Below are positions 32,011 through 42,933 of a stretch of 64,000 nt of DNA, one piece after another. Made by a program: the position numbers and the translations under genes. This DNA is from Prasinococcaceae sp. CCMP 1430 (Eukaryota; Plantae; Prasinodermophyta): assembly GCA_013416795.1 (NCBI GenBank), contig RQSC01000031.1, positions 75,193 to 139,192 of the forward strand, written 5' to 3'. Under the pieces are notes generated by a model. The model did not search any database. It saw only the letters and a list, made by a program, of their open reading frames with translations, and was not told the DNA's origin. The number at the start of each line of letters is the position of its first letter. The first letter of the stretch is position 1.

Positions 32011-34089
32011 TCACGTTTGCCCAGAGATGTAGCCCCAGATGCCGCCGGGCGTGGGTGCGTCGTCCTCGACGCCGGCGGGATCCGGCTTGACCATCCGCAG
32101 CTCCGCAGCCTCTGTCTCCGCCGCCGCTAGCCGCTCGTTGAGCTCAGCCACCTGGACCTCGAGCTGGAACGCGCGCTGCCGTTCCGCGTCCAGCGCGGCG
32201 CGTGTCTTCACGAGCTCGGCCTTGACAGCCTCGAGCTCGCCCTGCGTGGCCGTGGCGATCTTGCTGCCAGCGCTGCCGTACCCATTGCCATTGGCTGTCG
32301 CCGCAACGCTGCGCTGGTCGCTATTGGCCGGCACACTAGCGACGGGCGCAAGTTCGGGCACAGCCATCGCCGCCTGGTCCACCGCGGCGACCGGGCGCGC
32401 TGCGGCTGCGGCCGGCGCGGCAGCCGCCTGAGGTGCCTTCGCCGGCACCGCCACAGCCCCCGCCGGCGACGGCAGGGGCGTCATGGACGCCCCGTCGATG
32501 TGTGCCATGTACAAATCGCTGCTGTAGTGCCCGTCATAGCCGCCGAAAGACAGGATGGCAGGGCCGCCCTGCGGCAAAGCGCCGGGGGGCGCCACAGCCA
32601 TCGCGAGGCCCTCGCCCACAGGCATCTCGCCCTCTGGTGCCGCCACCCACTCCATAGAACGAAGGTTGAGCGCAGCCCCGCCGCCACACGCTCCTTCGGA
32701 CCCACCGCCGCCCTCCAGGTGCCACACGCCATCTACGACGACGCCGGCGTGGCCCGCGCGGGGTTCGGGTTCCTCGCCGCCGGGCGCCGGGCGCGTCCAC
32801 TCCCACGTGGAGACGTCGAGGCGCCAGAGATCACCGAAAATCTCCGCGCGCGAGCCACCGCCGTACGTGTACACGGCCCCGTCGTGATAGCACATCACGG
32901 CCTCTGAGCGAGGCGCCGGCTCGCCGAACGACTCTGCTTGCACCTCCGGCATGCTCCACGTCATGGTCTCGAGGTCGAGAACGTGCACGTCGTTGAGCAG
33001 GCGACCCTTGACGCCCTCGCCCCCAAAAAGCACCACGCTCTTATCGCCAACAAGAACGGCGGCGTGTCCGGTGCGCGCAACGGGCGGCTCCTCGCCCGCC
33101 ACATTGATGATCTCGCAGTCCCCGCTCGCAGGATTGATGCGCCGTACCGCGCACTCGTCGCTGGCGTCATCGCTGCACGTCCCGCCGACGAGGTACATCG
33201 AGCCACGCCACGCCACCGCCGCGGCCGCGGTGACGGCCTTCACGCTGGACATGCGTGTCCATGTGAGGCTAGGAAGGTCGAGCCACGCGACATCACCCAG
33301 CTTGCGCCCGTTGCGGCTGCCCCCGACGACGAACAAGCCAGTGCCAACAACTGCTGCAGCGTGCAGGTACCTTCCCGCCGGTGCGCGGCCGGACGTAGTA
33401 ACCTTGGTCCATTTCTCCACGCGCGCCGTCCCGGCCGTGAGCGATATAGGCGCAGGGCCGGAACGGCCACCTGAGGAGGCGCTTGCGGCAGCGCTCGGAG
33501 CACTCGCAGCCGCAACAGGCGCCGGGCGCGAACTCCAGTCGGGCACCGTCTCGTCAAGGGTGCGCACGTACAGACGCATCGCCTCCACAGAGGGCATGTC
33601 GCCCAGGTTGCTCCAGCTGGTCCATTTGGCACTCTCCACCACGTTCCAGCCCTGGGCAGTCGGCAGCGCGTGATTGTGCGCCAGTGTTAACGCCCGGCGT
33701 GTCAGCACGCGTCGAGGTCGCGCACGCGACTGCGGACGGCGCGTCGCAGACACTCTGCAGCTTGCTTAAGCGTCCTGAGGCATTGCGCCCATGCGGAGCC
33801 ACGCGAGGCCGGACACGCTGCGAGGGGTCGGGGGCGACACGTGTTTGAGGGAGCATTCCCCGCGCGCAAGCGCTGTGCGTACCCAGGGCTTGGGCTCGAT
33901 GCAGGGCCCGGCCGTCGCCTGCTTGTGCAGCGCGTAGAGCAGGAGGCGGGTCTCGTCTGTGAGCTCGAGCGCAGAGTGCTCCGGCGGGCCTGCGGTTGCC
34001 GCGGCGGCTTCGAACTTCTCCGGGTAGGCGAGCGTCGCGACCGAGGTCGCGGCCGGTGCCGCGGCCATCCTGTGCCACATAGCAGCCAT
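32011..34089 (-). CDS. Acyl-CoA-binding domain + kelch-repeat protein (ACBP4/5-like)
   Basis: YPEKFEAA..LLLYALHKQATAGPC, intron 33882-33652, then AKWTSWSNLGDMPSVEAMRLYV. Kelch repeats (RTGHAAV..LFGGE..NDVH.LDL) and a C-terminal coiled coil with WGYISG. Confidence 0.92.
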
Positions 34090-34960
34090 CGGTTGAGGGC
34101 GCGCGAACAGCAGCGCGGGAGCGCGGGCGTTAGCGTGCGCGAGCGCAGCGCATGCCTTGCGTGGAGGAGCAGGAGCGCACAGCGAAAGCGGCCCTGCAGC
34201 GGCGGCAGCAGAAAGGGGGTGATGGGGTGGAGGGGGACGGCGCACCTCTCCGACCACCTGTCGCCGCTCGCGCGCGGGCGTCGCGCCCCCTCCTCTGCCC
34301 GAGCCCCGCGCCTGTCCGAGCGCTGCTGCGAGGGCGAGGCACCAGAGGGGGGGGGGAGGGGGGAGGAGGGGCGCGCACGCGCAGTGGCGCGCGCGCGCGC
34401 AGGCCGCGCGCATGCGTTCTGATATGATGGCATCGAAAAAAAAAAAAGAGTGACCTGAGTCTGAAACATCTCGAGTGCAGGTCAAAATTCCTTCCGGGAG
34501 TCTCGGAGGCGTCAACAGCCGCGCGCGCGTGCGCGGAACGGCTCGAAACTGCTGCGAAAAAAAAAAAAAAGAGGACGCGTGCGGTTGACTGATGTCTCGT
34601 GGTTGCGACATAGGGGAATCGGAATCACTCCAACAGCTGACCCCGGTCGACCCGGGGTCGATCGAGCTCGATCCCGCCGCTGACCCCGGTATCGATCATA
34701 CCAACAGGACTTCTTCCCGGGGTGTGACGTCCTCTTGGTCAGCCGTGCTTTTTTCTTGAAAGAAATTTTCGTCTCGCGCGCGCGCTTGGCGCGTGGCGAA
34801 ATGCATGCGTGCGCGCGGCGGTTTGCCGGCGCGCGCGCGTCGACTTTCAAAAAAAAAAAAAAGTACGAGTGGCGCATCGGCCACGCGCGCTGGTCCTGGT
34901 GCGCGCCGCGAGCCACACTGCGCCGCGGCGGCGGCGGCGGACGGCGGCGCCGCCGCCGTG

Positions 34961-36155
34961 ATGAGCAGGCGCACGCGAAGCTGCGACGACGGCGAGCTCG
35001 ACGCCCTCGAGGCGGGCGAGCTCCACGAGCGGGGGCGCGAGCCGCAGGACGCCGGTGCGGAGGCAGCGCGAGCGCGTTGGAGGCGCTGGTGGAGGGTCTC
35101 GTCGTCGGAGATGCGCGCCGCGTCGACCGCGGCGCTCTACGGCTTCACGGCCGTGGCGATGGGCTTCCTCAACAAGTACGCGCTCACGCGGCTGCCTCAG
35201 GAGATGGTGTTGCTGCTCATGCAGATGGTCGCGACGTCATCGTGCCTGTGGGTGGCACGCGCACGCAAGATAATCCAAATAAAGCCGTGCCGGTCTCTGT
35301 CGCGCTCCGAGCTCGCGCAGGTGGTGCCCATCGTGATGCTGTACAACGCGAACGTCGGCTTCGCGCTGGCGGGCCTGTCCCACCTCTCCATCCCGGTGTA
35401 CAACGTCGTCAAGCGCATGACGCCAATCCTCGTGCTGGCTTACAAAGCGGCGAAGGGGCAGTTGCCATCGCCTGCCACAGTGACGACTGTGCTTATTACT
35501 GTGTCGGGCTGCGTGATCGCGGGGTACGGAGATCTCGACTGGAATCCGTCAGGGTATCTCTTCGCCCTGCTGAGCTGCGCTCTGCAGGCGTCGTACCTCA
35601 TCCTCGTGGAGCGCTCTGGCGCCAACCACATTTTCAGCTCGACCGAGCTGCTGTATTACAATGCCACGCTCTCGATGCCTGTGTGCGCGGTGCTGGCCGT
35701 CGTGTCGGGTGAATTGACGGCTGCGACGCCCACGCTTGCGGCGCTCGGAACGGAGCGATCTGGGGGCTTCACATACCTGCTGGGCCTGATAATGTGCCTC
35801 GGCGCCGGTGGGCTGCTCAATTGGTCGCTGTTCCTTTGCACGATGCACAACTCCGCGCTGACGACCACCATCGTGGGCGTGCTCAAGGTGCGCCGCGCGG
35901 CGCTGCTCTGCGCTGCATGCCTGGCGATCGGGGCGCCGACTGACCATCCGCGCCGACCACACACAGGGAGTTGCGAGCACCGTGCTTGGATTCTTCGCGT
36001 TCGGCGGCGCCCACCTCACCAAGGGCGGCCTCGCTGGCGTGGGCGTTAATACCGTGGGTGGGGTGCTCTACACCGTCGTGAAGCACCACGAGCGCGCTGC
36101 GGCTCGCAGATCGACCACCGATCTCAAGCGGGTTGGCAATCGGTCCCTTGCGTAA
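34961..36155 (+). CDS. Nucleotide-sugar transporter (SLC35D/UGNT1-like)
   Basis: AMGFLNKYAL, LSIPVYNVVKRMTP, GCVIAGYGD, LLYYNATLS, CTMHNSALTTTIVGVLK; intron about 35888-35967; final exon GVASTVLGFF...VKH. Confidence 0.9.
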
Positions 36156-36166
36156 CAATTTGTACA

Positions 36167-39100
36167 TTATTGCACACCGCCGGCAAAGTATGGATGCTCG
36201 AGCGCCTCACGGGCAGTAGGCCGGCTGGACGGCCTCCATGAGAGCAACTTGCGCGCGAGGCGCAGCGCCTCGACGTCCCCAGCGAAGCCCACGCCGATGG
36301 CGTCTCGTGCGCGATACATCTCCATCAGTGCTGCGTCGCTGCAGGCGAAGGAGTCCAGCGCGGTGTTGCTGGTGGAGCTTGAGGCAGCGGGGGCAGCGCC
36401 GTCGCCCTCGCCGCTAGCGCTCTCGGCTGTGTCCTCGCGAGGGGGCCACACGCAGGCCTCCATCATCCCACGCAAGAGCACCATGGCCTCGACCTCAGCC
36501 TCGCTGTGCCGCTGGCCCTTGCTGGCAACGAGCCGCGCGCGCGTCCTGGGCGAGATTTCGAACACGTTCGAGTGCCCGAGCGCCAGCTCGAGCATCAGCA
36601 CACCTACGCTAAACATGTCGTACTTGGCGGCGAGCGAAGCCGCGAAGCTGCCGCCGCCTCCGTCCAGCGCCGCCCGCCAGCGCGAACGCGCCTCCGCGTC
36701 GCCTAATGGCGCAGTCGCGAACCGCGCCTCGGGCGGTGCGTAGGACATGGTCTGTTGCTGGTCGGATGGCGCCTCGTCCTCGTACATCGAGGAGAGCGTG
36801 AAGGCGTCGATCGCCGAGCCGAAGTCGGCGATGCGCGCGTGGATTCGCACATCTGCTGGGTCGGCATCGCTACCGACCGCGTTGGTGGCCTCCCACCGAA
36901 TCAGCACGTTGGCTGGCTTGAGATCCCTATGTGCTATGCCGTGCGCGTGCAATGTGGCCACAGCTTCCAGCAACTGCTGCACGAGATCTCGCTGCACGCC
37001 GCGCCACTCCTGCGATCGCTTGAGAAATTCGAAGTACGAATTCGGGCCGACCACACTGTCGCCTTGCGCCGAGCTGTACATAAGGCTCGCTAGCGAGGCC
37101 CCCTCGTCGCAGAACACGAGCCACTGATTCACACGGTCCGGCGGAGGCACGTCAGTGGTGGCACTCGCGCCCTGTCCTGCCGGCGCCGATCCTTGCGGAG
37201 GCTCGGGGCTCGGGTCCCCAGGCGTCTCGAACGACTCAACGAAGCGCGCGATGTGCGTGAGGTCCGTCGGAGGATGGGACACCGAGGACAGATTGCGGAG
37301 GAGCATTCCAAAGTATGCTTCGCGCCGTCCCGACTCAGACGCTGCAAGGCCCACGGGGTCGTCGCGATCCGCGCCGTTGAGCAAGCGTTTGAGCACGTAG
37401 CCGGTGTCGCAATCGCCTGTGAGGCTCGAAGACTCGCTGCCATCGGCGTCGGCGCCGCGCCAGTGAGAGTGCAGGGGGTGATCAAGCGCGCGCCGGCCAG
37501 CCCGCCACACCTCGCCGAATGAGCCAGCGGCAAAAGGCTTGTCCCTGAGGGAGTATTGCCCGTACGTGGCGTCCACAACACCTAGGTAACCGCCTTCGAG
37601 ACTGTCCGGCAGCACGCGTTGCTGGTCGTCGAGCACCTGTGCGCGCGCACCGAGGGCGTCTCGGCGCGGATCCGAAGCGACCATATCGAGGAGGGCTACA
37701 ACTTCGTCGCGCTCGACCTGGCCGAACGGCGGCTTACCTTCGGCGGCCCCATCTTCGGCCATGAAGAGCGCCACTGCCAGCGACGCGGGAAGTGCCACGG
37801 CTGCGCTCGAGCTCTGGGGCTTCATGCGCGCGCCCGTCGGCGCATCTGGCTCCCCCATCACGTATATGCGCGACATGAGCTCATACGCGTGCGAGGCCCC
37901 GCGCGGTGCGACTACGAAAGCCGCATCGCTCGTCGCCGACGGAATCTGCAGGAGACTTCCGCGGCGCGCGTTGGCGCCGGCCTGGCCGAGCGTAATGGCC
38001 ACGGCGCCCAAATTGTCCAGCGATCCATCGATGAGAGCACGCGACACCACCGCCGCCGCCGCTGCACCTGCGCCACTGCTCGCTTCGAGCTCATCCTCGA
38101 GAGAGAAGGCCTCCTCGACGAGGGGATCAGGAGGAATGCCACGATGATGGATGGGCACGACGCTCCCGCGTGCACTCTCCACGCTGGAAGCGTCGGCGCC
38201 GACGTGACTGGACCCCATCGTGGTCGCGCCTGCATCTGCACTGGCGTCTGGGCCAGGCCCGAGCGCGACCAGATCTGCCGCGTGGACTGCCTGCGGCAGC
38301 GAGACAGACGCGTGCCGGCGGAAGCGACGGCCCATCGAGGCTGCCAGGGCTACGTCGCACATGGTTTGCATGTCGGTAGCCTCCAACACGCCGTCTGAGA
38401 CAAGCATAATGAGCGCGTTGTCCCATTCGCTGTCGTCAATGTCGAACTCAAAGCCAGAGGTCGCCGCTGTATGCGAGACCACCTCACCAAACGGCACGTC
38501 GCCCACAGCTCGGCTGACTGCCAGGAGCGCATCGCTGCCAGGCATCTGCAGCCGCATGCGCCCCGACGGCATTCGCACGACCTCGCCGCCCGCCGCGCGG
38601 ATGCGCTCCTGCTCCGCGGCGTCCGAAGGTGACGGCGAGGCCACGAGCTCTTTCGCCTTGCCGAGCGGCGAGCAGAGCACCGCGCGGGCGTCGCCAAGGG
38701 TCGCGACGCCCAGCGACATGCGCCGGCCGTCGCGCCTCACGGCCACGGCCGCGGCCGTCGCCCCCGCCGGGGAGCCGTCCTCGACGACGTGATGCGACGC
38801 CACGAAGCTCGCGTGCGAGGCCTTGAAGGCCGCGGAGAGCGCGTGGGATAGCTCCGCGGCCCCTATGACCTCGCCATCGCGAGCAGAAGACAGCTCCTTC
38901 GCAAGTAGGCCCGGGAGCTCGTCGGCGACCAGAAGCGCCGCCTCGGCGCCGAAGTGGCCGTCGAGGACCGCGGCAACGCGTGTGTCGTCGGTGTTTCCGA
39001 AGTAGCATCGGGCCACGTCCTCCTGCGACCTGCGCCGCCCTCGCGCGGCGCGTGCGGCGCACGCGACCTCGAACTCGGACGGCGGCAGCTCCCGCGCCCC

Positions 39101-39328
39101 CGGCGCGACGCCCGTCCCCCCGCCGCGCTGCGTCGCCAGTGACACCCAGCCCACTCGAGACGCCCGCTCAGCGAGCTCGGGGTGGACGCTATGCAGGAAG
39201 CTCGGGAGAAGCGTTGGCGCCGCCAGCGCCGCGGCGGCGACGGCGATCGCGCACGCCATCGCGCGCACGCGGCGAGAGGCGCCGGCGGTGGTGTCGAGGG
39301 CTCCACCCCCTCGTGCAGCGGTCGCCAT
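36167..39328 (-). CDS. Membrane-anchored PP2C phosphatase - Ser/Thr kinase fusion
   Basis: N-terminal TM; PP2C motifs RRSQED, DGHFG, LGDARAV, AVSRAVGD, SDG, DN; kinase motifs GSFGEVW, YVLK, HRDLKPAN, DFG, DMFSVG. Confidence 0.88.
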   Translation of the reverse strand: MATAARGGGALDTTAGASRRVRAMACAIAVAAAALAAPTLLPSFLHSVHPELAERASRVGWVSLATQRGGGTGVAPGARELPPSEFEVACAARAARGRRRSQEDVARCYFGNTDDTRVAAVLDGHFGAEAALLVADELPGLLAKELSSARDGEVIGAAELSHALSAAFKASHASFVASHHVVEDGSPAGATAAAVAVRRDGRRMSLGVATLGDARAVLCSPLGKAKELVASPSPSDAAEQERIRAAGGEVVRMPSGRMRLQMPGSDALLAVSRAVGDVPFGEVVSHTAATSGFEFDIDDSEWDNALIMLVSDGVLEATDMQTMCDVALAASMGRRFRRHASVSLPQAVHAADLVALGPGPDASADAGATTMGSSHVGADASSVESARGSVVPIHHRGIPPDPLVEEAFSLEDELEASSGAGAAAAAVVSRALIDGSLDNLGAVAITLGQAGANARRGSLLQIPSATSDAAFVVAPRGASHAYELMSRIYVMGEPDAPTGARMKPQSSSAAVALPASLAVALFMAEDGAAEGKPPFGQVERDEVVALLDMVASDPRRDALGARAQVLDDQQRVLPDSLEGGYLGVVDATYGQYSLRDKPFAAGSFGEVWRAGRRALDHPLHSHWRGADADGSESSSLTGDCDTGYVLKRLLNGADRDDPVGLAASESGRREAYFGMLLRNLSSVSHPPTDLTHIARFVESFETPGDPSPEPPQGSAPAGQGASATTDVPPPDRVNQWLVFCDEGASLASLMYSSAQGDSVVGPNSYFEFLKRSQEWRGVQRDLVQQLLEAVATLHAHGIAHRDLKPANVLIRWEATNAVGSDADPADVRIHARIADFGSAIDAFTLSSMYEDEAPSDQQQTMSYAPPEARFATAPLGDAEARSRWRAALDGGGGSFAASLAAKYDMFSVGVLMLELALGHSNVFEISPRTRARLVASKGQRHSEAEVEAMVLLRGMMEACVWPPREDTAESASGEGDGAAPAASSSTSNTALDSFACSDAALMEMYRARDAIGVGFAGDVEALRLARKLLSWRPSSRPTAREALEHPYFAGGVQ

Positions 39329-39351
39329 CTCCGCCGCCGCCGCGCTGCACG

Positions 39352-39873
39352 TCAGCGGAGCTTCCTCCGAGCGCTGCGCGCCGCCAGGAGCTCGCCGGCC
39401 TCCTCCTCCGAGAGCGAGCGCAGAAGCGCGAACTCCGCCGCCGTGGCGTACCGCAGGCCGGTGCGCGGGCACGCGTACTTGGCGGGCGCGCCGCTCAGGT
39501 CGCTGTACTTTGCGCAGGGATACGTCGACGGCGGCGCCTCGGCGCTCACGTACGTGGCCAGCGGATGGGAGCCGGGAGGATCACCCTCCGCTTTCGCGCC
39601 CTCGGCGCGCGCCCGCGCCTTGGATTTGCCGCCGCTCCGCTTGTCCTCGGCAGCGGCCCGCACGGGCGGCGGGAGCGCCTCGTCGGCCGTCGCGCACGCC
39701 AGCGCGGTGCGCCTCTTCTTGAGCTTCCTCTTGGCGTACTCGGCCGCGCGCGAGTCCGCGGGCGCCTCGGCGCGCGCGGCGAACCGCAGAGTCGGACGGT
39801 GGGGGGCGCGCTGGGGCGCATCGCGCGCGCGCGCGGATGCCACACCGCGCACACGCACAGCCCACCATAGCAC
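39352..39873 (-). CDS. IES6: INO80 complex subunit with YL1-C domain (start unresolved)
   Basis: TYVSAEAPPSTYPCAKYSDLSGAPAKYACPRTGLRYATAAEF matches the IES6/YL1 C-terminal motif. Confidence 0.8.
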   Translation of the reverse strand: MLWWAVRVRGVASARARDAPQRAPHRPTLRFAARAEAPADSRAAEYAKRKLKKRRTALACATADEALPPPVRAAAEDKRSGGKSKARARAEGAKAEGDPPGSHPLATYVSAEAPPSTYPCAKYSDLSGAPAKYACPRTGLRYATAAEFALLRSLSEEEAGELLAARSARRKLR

Positions 39874-39918
39874 CCTCAGCTCTCACATAGCACACACAAC
39901 CCCACCCCACCCTCGACC

Positions 39919-42900
39919 ATGGATGCCAACACCGCCCCTGTCGCGTCGAAGAAGGTCGAGATGATCACGACCGACAGTGGCGAGAGCATGACGCGTGACG
40001 CGTTCATGAAGATGAAGATCGAGGAGCTGCGCGCCAACGGCGGCGCGGCCGTCGCGCAGAACACCGTCCTGGCGGCGCACGCGGGCGAGCGCGCGTGCAG
40101 GCGCCGGCGCCAGCAGGAGCTGCGCTGCCGGTGGTGCGGGTGCCAGTGGCGCCCTCGCGTCCTCATTCGCTACTGCCAAGGATGCAGGGACGCCGCGAGA
40201 GCGACGCCGCCGCCGGCGCTGCGTCCGGCGGGGACCGGGCGCCGCCGCGCATACCCCTGCTGCATCATGCGCCGCGGCTCTTCCGCTCCGCGGCAAAAGG
40301 GCGCGGCTTCGCGGACGGGCCCGTGGATGCGCTGCTCAGGCGCGCGCGGCGCAGCGGCTCGGTGGCCGCCGGGCGATCCGCGCAGGTGCGTCCGGTCCAG
40401 CGTCGGCCACCGCGCCTATTTGCTGGTCAGCTGCGGCCAAGTTGGCACAGCATCGACACTTTTGCTGTAGCGGTGCAGCTGGTTCGATGCGTGCTCTGTT
40501 GCGTGCATTTGCCTCCGAGTCGCTGACGCGACCACACGCAGGGCACACACTCTGCGCTGCGCTCGCGGCTGGTTAGTGTCGACCACACCACACTGTTCTT
40601 TTTCGTGCTAGAGTCGTCGTGGTTTGTGTGCCTCGTGCTCGCCCTCTTCGTCTATGGTGCGCGCTTAGTACCACCGGCGTATGCATTGCGCTGCCATGTC
40701 GCCGCCGCATTGCCGCGCGCCAGTCGTTGTGCGCGCCATCAAGTTTGGCACAGCAACAGGCACCGCTGACTTGATTGCGCAAAATGGACATCCGATGCGC
40801 CCAGCCGTGACGATCATCATCGGTGCGGGGCTGGCCGTGACGGTGCCGCTCGAGCAGCCCGACATCGAGGACTACGAGCAGCCACGCCCGTCGCATTGGG
40901 TGCTCGCGTTGCGCTTCTCCTCGAGCAACATCGTGTCGGTGGGCTACGGCGTGGTGCTGCCCGTCGATGACAGAGGTGTGCTTCTCGGGACCTTCGAGCA
41001 ATTTGTGGGCGTGCTGGTGAACGTGTTCGTCTTCGCCGTCGTGCTCACCAAGTTCGCCGCGCCGAGCTCTGACCTCGTGTGGAGCTTGTATGCATGTGTC
41101 ATCGAGCGTGACGGCGTGCCACACCTTCTGTTGCGCATCGGCAACTTGCGCTGCCACACGCTCTTCCAGCCTGAAATTTCGCTCACGCTGATATGCGAGC
41201 GCAAGACACGCGAGGGCGAGGCGTATTCGGAGCGCGTGCCTCTACACATTAAAGCCCCACCGCCGACCATCAGTGCCATGCACACCGTCGCGCATGTGAT
41301 CGACGGCGCGTCGCCGCTGTATCCGCTGTACAAGAAGCTGCGCAGCAGATCCAGTCACGCGAAAAACGACTCTGACGATGGCTGCACGGCTTGTGGGACG
41401 TCCATACATGCCTCTTTCGTGGCGCAAGACCCGGTGTACCAGGCGGCGCTGAGCAACACCACCACGTACTACCCGGAGGATATCCTCACCGATGGGAGCG
41501 CATTCAAGTCGCTCATCAAGCTCGACAGGAAGGGCCGGCCCGTCATTGACTGGTCACACTTTGATGAAACCGAGGTGCTGCGCCCCGCGCCGCTCGAGGC
41601 CCGCGCTGCTCTGGAGGCACCCTGCGAGCAAACGCAGTGGGAAAACGCGCGCACGGTAGCGCCGGACGACGGCCGCATCTGGGCGGTGCACGGCGGCATG
41701 CGCGTGAGCTTCGGCCGTGCCGAGGTTGACGGTGTCACGGCACGCACTCCGATGCTGGTGGGCTGCCCCTTCTGCTTCGCGGTGCACCTGTTGCTCGAGG
41801 AGGCGGGAGTGGACCACTCATTTGATCTCATGGACATGATTGATGAGCATCCCGCGTGGTTCAAAGCGAGCGCCCCGTCCGACTCGACGCCGCTGCTACG
41901 CGTGCCGCCGCTCAAGCCGGACGACGCCGACGCTGCAGAGCCAACTTCAACTTGGCTCGATGGTTCCTTCGATGCCATCGCTGACAGACTGGTGCAGGCG
42001 GGCGTTCCTGGAGTTGCACGCGCACTCGGCCAGGGACACGGAGCATCTGCGAGGAGCGCGCGTGAAGGTGCGGAGCTTCATGGCCCTGCATCGCCGCCAC
42101 ACGAGACCGCATCGGTCACGGCCCTGCAGCTTGCGGCTGTTTCACCCGCCGCCATCGGCGCAGCGCTCAGCGCACAATCGCTCGCCGAGGCGGCCTCCTC
42201 GGTGCGTGAGATCTTCAGGTCGAAGTGCGGGGCGGTGGACACGTCGCAGGAGGCGTTTGTTGACGCGATCGACGCGTCGTTGCAGGCGTGGCAGCGCGCA
42301 CTCGCCGCCAACGGCGGCGGCAGCTTCTTAGCGGGCGGCAGTCCCGGGCGTCTCGACTTGGAGTGCGCGACGCAGCTCTTCGCAGGGCTGAGTTTCCTGC
42401 AAGCGGGGATGGTCGACATCACGGGGCTGAGCCGTAGAAAGAAGGACAGCAGCGCCGACGAGTTCATCAGATACACTCGGTCCTGCCACGCAAAGGGCAC
42501 CACGCCGGCGCTGCCGGCGTGGGCACGCGCATACTTCGAGGCGTGGGAGTCCCGTTCCAGCTGGCGTTCGCTGCCGGTGCCGCACATGCCGGTCGCTACG
42601 TACCTGCCGATGATCCGCACGTACCTTGAGAAGCTTCACACCTTTGTGCCTGAGGACGCACTAGATGCACTTGCCGTCACGGTCTGCGCCAACATCCGCC
42701 GCATGGTGCCCGAGGAGAAGTTGAAGCAATGGACCGGACTCGTACCACACGACGAGACCGTGCTGTCGACGGCCGATGGAAAAAGCGAAGATGACGAGGG
42801 CGCGCAGCGCGCGGCCGACCGGCCAGAGGAGGGAGGGGCGAGGGGGCTACATCCGCTGCGGTCGCTCGCCCCGGCGCCCCGGCGCCGCAGGTCCTCGCGT

Positions 42901-42933
42901 CGCGAGGCCACGCCATCTGCACTCTGCGTGTGA
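39919..42933 (+). CDS. Inward-rectifier (Kir/KirBac-like) K+ channel fused to a C-terminal GST-fold (DHAR/CLIC-like) domain
   Basis: TM1 SWFVCLVLALFVY; pore LRFSSSNIVSVGYG; TM2 ..EQFVGVLVNVFVFAVVLTKF; cytosolic VIERDGVPHLLLRIGNLR...YYPEDIL...IDWSHFDET. GST part GCPFCFAVHLLLEEAGV...PAWF and SFLAGGSPGRLDL. Intron 40657-40753 restores frame; the upstream introns 40095-40180 and 40386-40541 and the ATG at 39919 are less certain. Confidence 0.8.

Noticed and set aside
34636-34700. Short palindromes (GATCGAGCTCGATC) and GACCCCGG repeats between divergent genes
   Set aside because: Too short to distinguish from chance in GC-rich promoter DNA; no function can be supported.
40112-40190. Apparent CxxC-x12-CxxC zinc ribbon in ORF 39919-40470
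   Set aside because: It falls mostly inside the predicted intron 40095-40180 of the Kir-GST gene and is probably incidental.
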